From: Candidatus Nomurabacteria bacterium
GTDB taxonomy: Bacteria; Patescibacteriota; Minisyncoccia; Phycocordibacterales; UBA918
DNA: 64,000 bases
Assembly (NCBI GenBank): GCA_023898565.1
Contig: CP060228.1
Span: forward strand, 840,930-904,929
Direction: 5' to 3'
Shown here: positions 36,912 through 49,232 of the stretch, piece after piece
Position numbering within the stretch: the first letter of the stretch is position 1
Layout of the letters: the number at the start of each line of letters is the position of its first letter
Translations under genes and position numbers: made by a program
Notes under the pieces: model-generated
Told to the model about the DNA's origin: nothing
The model's input: the letters and a program-made list of their open reading frames with translations, nothing else
The model's database searches: none

Positions 36912-39351
<2,440 letters not shown>

Positions 39352-39355
<4 letters not shown>

Positions 39356-40866
39356 ACTACTGCTTCGTTAGTTATAAAATCATGTTTAAAATCCTCGATG
39401 ATTTCTTTCACCCGAACTTTTGTCTTCTCGTCAAAAGTGCCAGTGGCAATTTTCTTAAGCAGAGCACGATGGCGACTTCTAAAGAGTTCGAGTAGATAAT
39501 TCATAAAGTGACTCCAAGTATTTTCACTAAAGTCATCAAAGAAACCATGTTCGACCGCATAGAAAAGCACAGCCTGCTCAGCAAATGTAACGCAAGTGTG
39601 TTTATCTTGCTTCAGTAAATCTAACAGGAGATTACCGCGGTGAATTTCATTTTTAACCGACTCACTTACCGTAGTTTCAAGCTGCGAAAGTTTCTGCAGC
39701 TCCTTGTGTTGCGCGAGTGCTAACCGAATACCGCTAAGCACTTCTTTAAGGACCGGCGGCTGCACCTGCGAACCAACACGCGACACTGACAAGCCGACAT
39801 TAACCGCTGGCAAAAAATTCTTCTGAAACAGACCACGCTCAAGGTACACCTGACCGTCAGTAATCGAAATAATATTTGTCGGGATATAGGCAGTCACATC
39901 GCCTTCAAGGGTCTCGATAATCGGCAGGGCAGTGAGTGAGCCGCCACTTTGATCATCAGATAATTGTGCGGCGCGCTCCAAGAGCGTGGCATGAAGCGCA
40001 AAAACATCACCCGGATAGGCTTCACGTCCCGGCACACGACCAAGAATAAGTGAGATATCGCGGTACACTTTGGCATGACGAGACAAATCATCGTACACCA
40101 CAAGTGCATCGCGCCCAGAATTACGAAAATGCTCAGCGACCGTACAGCCCACAAACGGCACAATGTACTGTGCGAAGTACGAATCATTAGTCGTAGCCGC
40201 CACCACAGTGGAGTAGAGGAGAGCATTGTTTTCCTCGAGGTCGTTCACGAGCTCATCAAGCTTCTGTGTACGCTGACCACACGATACATAAATACAATAC
40301 ACCGGCTCAGCCTCATGTTTTTGATTAAGCACAATATCGGTAGCAATGGTGCTTTTCCCAAGCTTACGATCACCGATGATTAGCTCACGCTGACCTCTCC
40401 CGAGCGGTAAAGTAGCATCAATTACCTTAATACCAGTCATGAGCGGGCGCGTAATTGGCTTACGATGAATAATTGGCGGCGCCTCCAAAAAGACAGAGGT
40501 CTCGACGCCATCGGGGACCGGCGCAAAGCCATCAAGCGGCTCTGAAAGCGCGTTTACCACGCGGCCAATATACGCATCTGATACCGACACTGAAAATTGC
40601 TTACCCGTGCGATAGACCGGCTGGGTGGTGTCAAAATGAGCGTCGATAAATAACGCTTCTACATACTCGTCCGTAAAACCAATTACTAATGCTGCCGGCT
40701 GATGATTTGTGTCTTCTAACAACTCATGAATAAACACTTCTGCCAGACCAGAGAGTTTCGCTACACCAGCATAAAACGTGACAATCTGCCCCGTATTCTT
40801 TTTTGTGTGCCTAACGTGACTCATGATGCGCATGCACTTCAGCAAGTCGCTGGTTAATTTGAGCAA
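39352..40866 (-). CDS. atpA: F-type ATP synthase alpha subunit
   Basis: GDRKLGKSTIATDIVLNQK (Walker A region); 504 aa. Confidence 0.9.
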
Positions 40867-41191
40867 TTACCGCTTCCTTTTCGGCGGCTGATTCCTGCTG
40901 CGCCTGCATACGAATATCTTCTGCAACTGCTTCAGCCTCAGCAATAATTTCTTTCGCTTGGTTGCGACTTTTAGTCATGTACTGCTTTTCTTTCTCAGCA
41001 AGTTTGGCAGCTTTGTCTGCAAGCTCAGCTTCGACAACCGCAGCCTTTTCTAGCGATGCTTCATCTGCTTCAATCCGCTTGATGAGCGGGCGATAGACAA
41101 ACTTGGTAAGCACAAATAGCAACAATACAAAATTAATCAGCTGTGCAATCAGCAATCCAATATCAATACCTAAATTCCCGAGAAAGTGCAT
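40811..41191 (-). CDS. atpF: F-type ATP synthase subunit b (short, 126 aa)
   Basis: One N-terminal TM plus a charged Ala/Glu/Lys-rich helix. It overlaps the annotated atpA start by 56 nt. Confidence 0.65.
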   Translation of the reverse strand: MHFLGNLGIDIGLLIAQLINFVLLLFVLTKFVYRPLIKRIEADEASLEKAAVVEAELADKAAKLAEKEKQYMTKSRNQAKEIIAEAEAVAEDIRMQAQQESAAEKEAVIAQINQRLAEVHAHHESR

Positions 41192-41236
41192 ACAAAACTA
41201 ATCGGACACGTTGTCCGTCAACCAAGAGGGCGTTTG

Positions 41237-41452
41237 TTATCCAACAAACTTAAGAATGAGCGCTACCACCAGTACGTAAATAGCAATCGCTTCGGCAAAA
41301 GCAATCGCGATAATCATTGCCAGCTGAATCTTGTCGGAATTGTCTGGATTGCGCCCCATAGCGATAAGCGCGGCCGCACCAATCATGCCGATGGCAATCG
41401 CAGGGCCAATGGAGCCAATCGCAATCGCAAATGCTGAAGGATCTTGAATCAT
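41237..41452 (-). CDS. atpE: F-type ATP synthase subunit c
   Basis: Two-helix hairpin with the Gly-rich GSIGPAIAIGMIGAA and a conserved carboxylate helix. Confidence 0.8.
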   Translation of the reverse strand: MIQDPSAFAIAIGSIGPAIAIGMIGAAALIAMGRNPDNSDKIQLAMIIAIAFAEAIAIYVLVVALILKFVG

Positions 41453-41512
41453 AAAAATTTCTTACTACCTCTTTACTAAAAGTATACCAAGGACAAATCG
41501 TGATACGCGCGA

Positions 41513-42262
41513 TTATCCTCTTTCTGTTGGCAAATGCTCAGTACTGAGCCGCACAAAGGTAAGTGCGAGCACGCAGAAGATATAGGCTTGAATCAGGCTA
41601 ATAAAAAACTCCAGCACCATAAACGGCACCGGGAGAATGTACGGCACAAGAAACGCAATCACGATGAGCAGCACCTCGCCAGCAAACACATTGCCGAAGA
41701 GACGAAATGAAAACGAAAGGATACGCATGCTTTCTGACATTGCTTCAAACAAGCCGAGGATAAACGGAATAATGCCTGAGAAATTGAAAAAGTGTTTGAG
41801 ATAGCCCTGCCAACCACTTGCTTTCACTGCAAACCATTGAATCGAGAAGACGGTCACAATAGCGAGCGCAAGCGTGGTGGTAAGGTCGCTATTTGGCGAG
41901 CGAAAGAGTGACACCTCGCCAGCATCGGTCGCAACGTAAAAAGAACCCAAAAAACCCGGCAACAAAGCAATGAGATTAGTGGTAAAGATAAATAGAAAGA
42001 GTGTCGCAATGAGCGGCAACACGCGCTTTGAAAGTGCGCGACTTTGCGTGACCGTATCAGCGAGTCGGAGCAGCTCCATCACAATGATATGCCAACCTTT
42101 CAGCAGCACATTACTATTCTCAGACTCTCGCCGATGCACATGGTAGTACCAAGCCAAACCCATCAAGAGCAGTGAGGCAACCAAAGTCGTAAAAAACGTA
42201 TTGGTAATTAAAAACCCAAACACGGAGAGCACATATTCAGACTGAATACTAATGCCGGGCAT
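41513..42262 (-). CDS. atpB: F-type ATP synthase subunit a
   Basis: LSFSFRLFGNVFAGE contains the conserved Arg. Confidence 0.85.
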   Translation of the reverse strand: MPGISIQSEYVLSVFGFLITNTFFTTLVASLLLMGLAWYYHVHRRESENSNVLLKGWHIIVMELLRLADTVTQSRALSKRVLPLIATLFLFIFTTNLIALLPGFLGSFYVATDAGEVSLFRSPNSDLTTTLALAIVTVFSIQWFAVKASGWQGYLKHFFNFSGIIPFILGLFEAMSESMRILSFSFRLFGNVFAGEVLLIVIAFLVPYILPVPFMVLEFFISLIQAYIFCVLALTFVRLSTEHLPTERG

Positions 42263-42263
42263 A

Positions 42264-42497
42264 TTATTTTTGCACTGACTTAGTAATAAGCGGCTTCATC
42301 ATGTGGTACGCCTCATAGATAGTGAGCACGATACCGATGAGCGCGCCGCCAATAATAAAAATCGGACTCGTACCGAGTTTGCCATCGAGCCAATAGCCAA
42401 GCAACACAAAGCCCGCAACCGACGATGCCATCAAAAAACCGAGCTGAGTCGCCAGCGAAAGAGCGTATGAAAATTTGAAGCCATCTTCTTTATTCAT
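42264..42497 (-). CDS. AtpZ/AtpI-like small membrane protein preceding the atp operon
   Basis: 77 aa, two TM helices, positioned directly upstream of atpB. Confidence 0.45.
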   Translation of the reverse strand: MNKEDGFKFSYALSLATQLGFLMASSVAGFVLLGYWLDGKLGTSPIFIIGGALIGIVLTIYEAYHMMKPLITKSVQK

Positions 42498-42636
42498 GTA
42501 CGTGGAACGTTCACGTATCAGTGTAGCACGTGCACGTATTCATTCTTTCGGAAAATCACCGATTACCAGCCCTGACTGATTGGACGAGACGCATTAATTT
42601 GGTATATTCAAAGCCTTATAACCTAAGCAAATTACT

Positions 42637-44580
42637 ATGATGACGGGAAACGACATTCGTAAAAAATATCTAGATTTTATGGCCGCCAAAGGCCACGCTG
42701 TTGTGCCGTCTTCAGCCTTGGTGCCAGACAACGACCCAACCACACTCTTCACCGGAAGTGGTATGCAGCCAATGGTGCCGTATTTGCTTGGCGAAACGCA
42801 CCCAAAGGGCGTTCGCATTGCCGACTCACAGAAGTGTTTCCGCGCTGAAGATATCGAAGAAGTGGGTGACAATCGTCACACTACGTTCTTTGAGATGCTC
42901 GGCAACTGGTCATTTGGTGATTACTTTAAAGAAGAACAAATCGACTGGATGTTTACGTTCTTAGTAGACGAACTCGGTCTCGACCCAAATAAGCTCTACA
43001 TCACAGCCTTTGGCGGCGATGAAGCCAGTGGCGTACCAATCGACGACGAAGCACCAAAGCACTGGCAGCGTCTGTTTGGCGAAAAAGGAATTGATGCACG
43101 GGTAGCACACATGGGTAGCGAAGAAGATGGCTATAAGCGCGGCATGAAAGAAGGGGAGCGGATTTTCTACTACAACGCCAAGAAAAACTGGTGGAGCCGA
43201 GCTGGCGTGCCGCAAAATATGCCCGTTGGTGAACCAGGGGGTCCTGACTCTGAGATGTTTTATGATTTCGGTACCGAACACGACCCGAAGTGGGGCGAAC
43301 ACTGCCACCCAAACTGTGACTGTGGTCGCTTCATGGAAATCGGCAACAACGTCTTCATGCAGTACATCAAGAAGGGTGAAGGGGAGTTTGAAGAACTCAA
43401 GAACCGCAACATCGACTTTGGTGGTGGACTTGAACGTATTGCTGCCGCCGTAAACAACGAACCTGACGTCTTTAAGATCGATCTCCTCTGGAACGTCATT
43501 ACCCAAATTCAGAAACTTTCCGGAAAGTTCTACATCGATAATGAGGAGGCGTTTCGGGTGATTGCCGACCATATCCGTGGCGCAGTGTTTATGATTGGTG
43601 ACGGTGTGTTCCCAAGCAACAGTGAGCAGGGGTACTTTGTACGCCGCCTCTTGCGTCGTGCGGTACGATACGCTGACCAGCTCGGTATTCCAGCTGGCGA
43701 ATTTAAGAACCTAGCTGAAAGTGTCATTACTACCTACGAAGCTCACTACACCAATCTCGGCGAGAAGCGTGACGTTATTAAGGAAGCAATTGAGAAAGAA
43801 GAAGCGCAATTCCGTAAGACACTGGAAAACGGCCTGAAGCAATTCAATAAAATTGAACTCCAAGTACACCTCAGCAAAGAAGAACTACAGCAAGCCAAAG
43901 CAACCGGCAAGATTGAAGGGGCAAAGACCAGAAAGGCCATTGGCGCAAAAAATGCCTTTGATCTCTTTACTACGTTCGGATTCCCGATTGAGCTCACTGA
44001 AGAAATCGCGTCTGAAAAAGGCCTCGTGGTAGATCGCCTTGGCTTTGAAAAGCTCATGACTGAACATCGCGAAAAGTCTCGCGCTGGCGCAGAGCAGAAA
44101 TTTAAGGGTGGGCTAGCCGACAACTCAGAAAAGGTAGTACAGTATCACACAGCAACACACCTGATGCTCGCAGCGCTTCGCGAGATTCTCGGCACGCACG
44201 TCCATCAGGCCGGTTCAAACATTACTGGCGAACGACTCCGCTACGACTTCACGCACGGAGAAAAAGTAGCGCGAGAAACGCTAGATAAGGTAGAAGCTTG
44301 GGTCAACCACGCCATTAAGACCGGGGGAGTGGTGACGATTGAAACCATGAGCAAAGACGCTGCCGAGCAAGACCCAGCCATCGAAGGCAGCTTCTGGGAT
44401 CGGTATCCAGACGAAGTAAAGGTCTACGTCATGACCGGCAATGACGGCACCATCTTCTCAAAAGAGCTTTGTGGAGGACCGCACGTCGAGAAGCTTGAAG
44501 ATATTGAAGGCACTTTCAAAATCACTAAGGAAGAATCGTCTTCTGCTGGTGTACGCCGCATTAAGGCCGTTCTTCAGTAG
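42637..44580 (+). CDS. alaS: Alanyl-tRNA synthetase, short form (catalytic, tRNA-recognition and editing domains; no C-Ala/DHHA1 domain)
   Basis: N-terminal KKYLDFMAAKGHAVVPSSALVP..DPT.LFT..GM, HTTFFEMLGNWSFGDYFK, and editing-domain HTATHLM...CGGPHV motifs. It is 647 aa against about 870. Confidence 0.85.
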   Translation: MMTGNDIRKKYLDFMAAKGHAVVPSSALVPDNDPTTLFTGSGMQPMVPYLLGETHPKGVRIADSQKCFRAEDIEEVGDNRHTTFFEMLGNWSFGDYFKEEQIDWMFTFLVDELGLDPNKLYITAFGGDEASGVPIDDEAPKHWQRLFGEKGIDARVAHMGSEEDGYKRGMKEGERIFYYNAKKNWWSRAGVPQNMPVGEPGGPDSEMFYDFGTEHDPKWGEHCHPNCDCGRFMEIGNNVFMQYIKKGEGEFEELKNRNIDFGGGLERIAAAVNNEPDVFKIDLLWNVITQIQKLSGKFYIDNEEAFRVIADHIRGAVFMIGDGVFPSNSEQGYFVRRLLRRAVRYADQLGIPAGEFKNLAESVITTYEAHYTNLGEKRDVIKEAIEKEEAQFRKTLENGLKQFNKIELQVHLSKEELQQAKATGKIEGAKTRKAIGAKNAFDLFTTFGFPIELTEEIASEKGLVVDRLGFEKLMTEHREKSRAGAEQKFKGGLADNSEKVVQYHTATHLMLAALREILGTHVHQAGSNITGERLRYDFTHGEKVARETLDKVEAWVNHAIKTGGVVTIETMSKDAAEQDPAIEGSFWDRYPDEVKVYVMTGNDGTIFSKELCGGPHVEKLEDIEGTFKITKEESSSAGVRRIKAVLQ

Positions 44581-44589
44581 AGGTTGTGT

Positions 44590-44640
44590 GTTGTGAAAAC
44601 GACGGCCGGGCCCAAAGGGCCCGGCCGTCGTTTTCACAAC
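44590..44640. repeat. 51-nt perfect GC-rich palindrome (24-bp arms, 3-nt loop) immediately after alaS
   Basis: GTTGTGAAAACGACGGCCGGGCCC-aaa-GGGCCCGGCCGTCGTTTTCACAAC, read directly from the sequence. Confidence 0.8.
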
Positions 44641-44690
44641 TATCACATCGGACTGATAAATGCGCTCACGTATGCTGTTATACTATCTGC

Positions 44691-45923
44691 ATGTCACTCT
44701 TTGGACTCAAGAAAAGCACCGACAGGTACGGCGTGCTCATTGACATTGGCTCAGGCAGCGTACTCACCGCCATCATATATTCCAATCCTAAAAATAAATA
44801 TCCTTTCATTATCTGGTCGCATCGAGAGCACGCCCCTTTGCGCAATATTGACTCACTCGAACAGAGTGCTAAAGCAGTCATGACTGCCTTAATGAATTCA
44901 TCAATGCGTCTTGACGCAGAAGGAAGAAAAGCTTTGTTTGACTACGACCAAGCCGCTGTCCTTAGTGAACTTCAGTGCAGCATTGCTGCACCTTGGGCAT
45001 ACACCGTCACCAAAACCATTAATTACAAGCAAGGAGCACCTTTCATCATCACTGAAGAACTGCTCGAAGAACTCACAAGCACAATCAACAAAAAGGTAGA
45101 AAACGACTTAGCTTCTAGTGCTGCTCTAAAAGACCTCGGCTTGCAGGCAATCACGCGAAACACCATGGATATGCTGTCAAACGGTTATCGCGTTCAGGAT
45201 CCTGAGGGTGAACAAGCAACCGAACTCACCCTATCAAAAACAACGGTTGTCACTCAAGAGTATTTGATAGACGCGATAACCGAAATGCAAAACAAGCTCT
45301 TCCCAAATACAGCAGCGCGTAAGTTGTCTTTTATACTTATGCTCTACGCAGTAACCCGCAGACTCCTTAATCAAAGCTATGACGTATGCCTCATAGATAT
45401 CACATACGAAGCGACTGAAATTGGCATTGTGCGTGATGGCGTACTCTCATACTGCACACACGCTCCATTTGGCTCTTTCTCACTCGCGCGAGAAATCTCA
45501 GCTGTCACAGGAGTTCCTCTGCACGAAGCGTTTGGATACCTACATACCGAGTCACCATATAGCTTTATCAAATCACTCCCGGACAATCAACAGGGGCAAA
45601 TTGAGTCTGTTTTTGATGCGTATATACAACAAATTAGCAAACTCTTCCACGAAACTGGTGACTCACTTTCAATTCCTAAGCAAATTTCGCTTCACGCTGA
45701 CTTAAACAGTGAAACACTCTTTTCTGACTTAATTGAAAAAGCAGTTAAACGATCAATCAAAAGCGAACCACGCATTATGCCTATTTCACAAGAAATCCTA
45801 CAACAGACATATGAGACGATTGACCCCGCCACAAAAAAGCAACTCCCCAAAGATACTGCGCTGCTTTTGTCAGCACAATTCTTCCATGACCAACTCAGTG
45901 CACACAGCTTTGAGTACCTTTAA
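44691..45923 (+). CDS. Actin-like ATPase (ASKHA fold), FtsA/PilM-like
   Basis: VLIDIGSGSVLTAII and a second phosphate motif CLIDITYEATEIGIVRDG...PFGSFSL. The start is set at Met 44691 after the palindrome. Confidence 0.5.
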   Translation: MSLFGLKKSTDRYGVLIDIGSGSVLTAIIYSNPKNKYPFIIWSHREHAPLRNIDSLEQSAKAVMTALMNSSMRLDAEGRKALFDYDQAAVLSELQCSIAAPWAYTVTKTINYKQGAPFIITEELLEELTSTINKKVENDLASSAALKDLGLQAITRNTMDMLSNGYRVQDPEGEQATELTLSKTTVVTQEYLIDAITEMQNKLFPNTAARKLSFILMLYAVTRRLLNQSYDVCLIDITYEATEIGIVRDGVLSYCTHAPFGSFSLAREISAVTGVPLHEAFGYLHTESPYSFIKSLPDNQQGQIESVFDAYIQQISKLFHETGDSLSIPKQISLHADLNSETLFSDLIEKAVKRSIKSEPRIMPISQEILQQTYETIDPATKKQLPKDTALLLSAQFFHDQLSAHSFEYL

Positions 45924-45948
45924 TCTGTTTATGTTATAAAATATACGT

Positions 45949-47295
45949 ATGGCACAAAAATGGAACCTGCAGGATATTCGACCAGCTGAGCCGAGAAAGC
46001 GTCGACTTCCACCAGAAATGCGCACCGTAGACACGAGTGCTGAAATGGAGACCTCACAACAACGACCAATAACACCTCCAAGCGACCGAGAGCATATCCC
46101 AAGCATCGTCATTGAAGACGGCAATAAAAACAATCGGAAACGACTACTGGTATCAATTGCACTGTTTGTTGTGATTGTTGGTGGCGCAGTAACACTCAGC
46201 GCTGTAATGGGGAAAACAGAACTTACTATATACCCAGTCAATCGTGAGCCGAATGTTAGCGCAGAAATTACCGCATATCCTGACAAGCGAGAAGGTGAAC
46301 TAACGTACGAAATCATGACGCTAGAGGCGACAGGTGAAAAGCAAGTTAAGGCTAGTGGGCAAGTGCAAGTGGAGGAGCTAGCTACGGGCATCATCGAAAT
46401 TAAGAAAACCACTCCTGGAGCCGAAAGACTTATTAAAAATACGCGATTCCGCACTTCTAGCGGACTCATTTTCCGTATCCAAGAATCAGTAGTGGTGCCT
46501 GGAGCAGTAAAGAATGAAAGCGGGCAATTAGTAGCAGGCACTATCCAAGCTGAAGTATTCGCAGATGACGTTGGTGAAGAGTACAACGCACCTGCCGGCA
46601 CCACATTTGATGTCCCAGGCTTTAAAGAGGGTGGTTACACTGCACTATATGAAGCAATTAGTGCCAGCGCACCGCAAGCCTTCACCGGTGGGTTCAGCGG
46701 ACCACAATTTCAGATTGATGAAGCAGAACTCCAGACAGCTCGTCAGGCTCTTCAAACTGAATTGCGCGATAATCTCCTGTTACGCATAGATAATGAAAAG
46801 CCGGCTGACTTTATCGCTTTTCCAAGTGCAGTTGCAGTTACCTACAATCAACTTCCTGCTGTGGAGTACGCAGGTGATTTGGTAACCATACGTGAACAAG
46901 CCATTCTTCAGATTCCGTTATTTAAGCAAACTGAATTTGGTTCGTACCTGGCAAAGGAAACAGTAGCCACATATAACGGCAATCCTGTGCGGGTAGAAGA
47001 TCCAACCGTTCTTAGTTTTAGTTATCTTTCTAGCACCACCAGTGCAAGCATTATCGCCAACGAACCTTCCCTCAGCTTCCGTTTAACCGGAAAGCCTCTT
47101 CTTGTCTGGGAATATGACGCAGAAAAGCTTAAAACGGATTTAGCAGGACTTCCTAAAACCGCTCTAACAAACGCTGTTCCAGCCTATCCAGGAATTCAAC
47201 GTGCCGAACTCAATATGACGCCATTCTGGCAGCGTACGTTCCCAGATGATCCAGAAGAAATCACTGTCATTGAACAAATTTCTAGTGAAGAGTAG
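45949..47295 (+). CDS. Bitopic membrane protein with a large extracytoplasmic domain (448 aa), unknown; probable partner of the upstream actin-like ATPase
   Basis: Basic cytoplasmic N-terminus, one TM (LLVSIALFVVIVGGAVTL), and a beta-rich exodomain. Confidence 0.45.
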   Translation: MAQKWNLQDIRPAEPRKRRLPPEMRTVDTSAEMETSQQRPITPPSDREHIPSIVIEDGNKNNRKRLLVSIALFVVIVGGAVTLSAVMGKTELTIYPVNREPNVSAEITAYPDKREGELTYEIMTLEATGEKQVKASGQVQVEELATGIIEIKKTTPGAERLIKNTRFRTSSGLIFRIQESVVVPGAVKNESGQLVAGTIQAEVFADDVGEEYNAPAGTTFDVPGFKEGGYTALYEAISASAPQAFTGGFSGPQFQIDEAELQTARQALQTELRDNLLLRIDNEKPADFIAFPSAVAVTYNQLPAVEYAGDLVTIREQAILQIPLFKQTEFGSYLAKETVATYNGNPVRVEDPTVLSFSYLSSTTSASIIANEPSLSFRLTGKPLLVWEYDAEKLKTDLAGLPKTALTNAVPAYPGIQRAELNMTPFWQRTFPDDPEEITVIEQISSEE

Positions 47296-47332
47296 GCGGT
47301 CTGATTACTTATATTGACGTTGCTTTGTTTAT

Positions 47333-47581
47333 TTGTTAGACTCTTCGGGTTTAATGGATCAAGAGACATCAACGGTTAAGGACGATTTGGTGTACGGCAT
47401 TGTGGAAGAAGCACTGCCGAACGCCCTTTTTCGTGTCACCGTAGAAGGGGAAGAAGAGCCCGTTCTCGCATACCTCTCGGGGAAAATGCGACGATTCCGG
47501 ATTCGCGTACTCGTTGGCGACAAAGTCGGCATGGTGACCGATCCATATGGAGGTAAAGCGCGTATTACGAAGCGCCTCTAA
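47333..47581 (+). CDS. infA: Translation initiation factor IF-1
   Basis: S1-like OB fold [44 protein letters not shown]. Confidence 0.85.
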   Translation: MLDSSGLMDQETSTVKDDLVYGIVEEALPNALFRVTVEGEEEPVLAYLSGKMRRFRIRVLVGDKVGMVTDPYGGKARITKRL

Positions 47582-47603
47582 GTAAACAAAAGCAAATATT
47601 ATT

Positions 47604-47720
47604 ATGAAAGTTCGATCATCAGTAAAAAAAATGAGTCCTGATGACATCATCGTTAAGCGAAAAGGTGTCGTCTACGTGATCAATAAGAAGAAGCCTCGCC
47701 ACAAGCAGCGTCAAGGCTAA
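47604..47720 (+). CDS. rpmJ: Ribosomal protein L36, zinc-independent (C- form; Cys ligands absent)
   Basis: [38 protein letters not shown]: 38 aa with the L36 frame but no CxxC...C...H. Confidence 0.75.
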   Translation: MKVRSSVKKMSPDDIIVKRKGVVYVINKKKPRHKQRQG

Positions 47721-47727
47721 GTAAGAT

Positions 47728-48105
47728 ATGAGAATTTCAGGTATTACTATTCCAGACGAGAAGCACCTGTCATACGCCCTTACAGCGGTATATGGTATTG
47801 GACTCTCTCGCTCTGCACAGATTCTCGACGAATTGTCTATTCCTCACACTAAGAAGGCTACTGAGCTTTCTACAGAAGAAGAAAATGCGATTCGTGAAAA
47901 GGTAGAATCTTTCACCATCGAAGGTGAGCTCAAGCGCACGGTGTCAGCGAACATCAAGCGTCTTAAGGATATTGGTTCTTACCGTGGCTCACGTCACGCT
48001 AAGCGCCTTCCTGCTCGAGGTCAGCGCACGAAGACCAACTCACGCACACTTAAGGGTGCGAAGAAGACTATGGGTAGCGGTCGCCGTAAGCTCGAAAAGA
48101 CCTAG
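47728..48105 (+). CDS. rpsM: Ribosomal protein S13
   Basis: MRISGITIPDEKHLSYALTAVYGIGLSRS... Confidence 0.9.
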   Translation: MRISGITIPDEKHLSYALTAVYGIGLSRSAQILDELSIPHTKKATELSTEEENAIREKVESFTIEGELKRTVSANIKRLKDIGSYRGSRHAKRLPARGQRTKTNSRTLKGAKKTMGSGRRKLEKT

Positions 48106-48139
48106 AATTATTAGTATTCATTCATAATCTATCCGACAT

Positions 48140-48571
48140 ATGGGTAAGAAACGAATTATGAAGAAGAGCGGGGGATCAGATGTGGCTGGTACTTCACGTG
48201 CCTTAAACCGCATCCCAAAGCGTAAGCTTGCTACTGGTAAGCTTAATATCCTCGCTACCTTCAACAACACACTCGTTACACTTTGCGATAGCAAGGGTAA
48301 TGCTGTTATGTCTGCCTCATCAGGCGCACTCGGCTTCAAGGGATCTCGCAAGAGCACACCATTTGCCGCAGCCAAGGTAGGTGAAATTATCGGAGAAAAA
48401 GCTCAGCAGATGGGAATGAAGGACGCAGAGGTCGTCGTCCGTGGTGTAGGCGCTGGTCGTGAATCAGCTCTCCGCGCATTCGCTGGAAAAGGAATCGGTA
48501 TCCTCAAGATTACTGACAAGACTCCAGTGCCATTCAATGGACCACGAGCACCTAAGCCACGAAATATCTAG
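48140..48571 (+). CDS. rpsK: Ribosomal protein S11
   Basis: ...NILATFNNTLVTLCDSKGNAV...FKGSRKSTPFAA. Confidence 0.9.
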   Translation: MGKKRIMKKSGGSDVAGTSRALNRIPKRKLATGKLNILATFNNTLVTLCDSKGNAVMSASSGALGFKGSRKSTPFAAAKVGEIIGEKAQQMGMKDAEVVVRGVGAGRESALRAFAGKGIGILKITDKTPVPFNGPRAPKPRNI

Positions 48572-48577
48572 TAGCTT

Positions 48578-49192
48578 ATGAAAATTGGACCTAAGTTTAA
48601 GATTGCCAAGCGTCTTGGAGCACCAATCTTTGAAAAGACACAGTCTGCAAAGTTTGAACTCTCACTCGCTCGCGGTGGCAACCAGCGCCGTGGACGTCGT
48701 CCAGGCCAAATGAGTGACTACAAGCGTCAGCTCATCGAAAAGCAGAAAATGCGATTCACGTACGGAATTACTGAAAAGCAGCTCCGTCGCTACGTAGACG
48801 ATTCAATTGCTAAAGAAGGTCATCAGCCAGTAGCAATTCTTATGGATCGACTTGAATCGCGTCTTGATAACGTCATTTACCGAATGGGTCTTGCTAAGAC
48901 TCGCCGTCTTGCTCGTCAAATCGTCTCACACGGACACATCTGTGTGAACGGCAAGAAGATGACCATTCCATCTCATAAAGTCCGTCCAAACGATGTGATT
49001 TCTATCCGCGAGGGTAGTCGTCAGTCAGGACTCTTTGTTAACCTAAGCGAAACACACGAAGCAGCCGGTGTGCCAGCTTGGGTAACCTTCGACGTAAAGA
49101 AGATGGAGGGAATCATGAAGTCAGCACCCGTTTATAATCCAGCCGAATCTCTGTTTGACCCTGAACAAGTGATGGAATACTACAGTCGATAA
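48578..49192 (+). CDS. rpsD: Ribosomal protein S4
   Basis: S4 domain ...RLDNVIYRMGLAKTRRLARQIVSHGHICVNGKK. Confidence 0.9.
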   Translation: MKIGPKFKIAKRLGAPIFEKTQSAKFELSLARGGNQRRGRRPGQMSDYKRQLIEKQKMRFTYGITEKQLRRYVDDSIAKEGHQPVAILMDRLESRLDNVIYRMGLAKTRRLARQIVSHGHICVNGKKMTIPSHKVRPNDVISIREGSRQSGLFVNLSETHEAAGVPAWVTFDVKKMEGIMKSAPVYNPAESLFDPEQVMEYYSR

Positions 49193-49232
49193 GGATTAGA
49201 GGTTTACTAAAATAAGCAAGTAAAAACACATT

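Noticed and set aside
42498-42636. T-box riboswitch upstream of alaS
   Set aside because: The leader is only ~140 nt. There is no specifier-loop/T-box consensus (AATTAGGGTGGNACCGCG) and no terminator/antiterminator pair.
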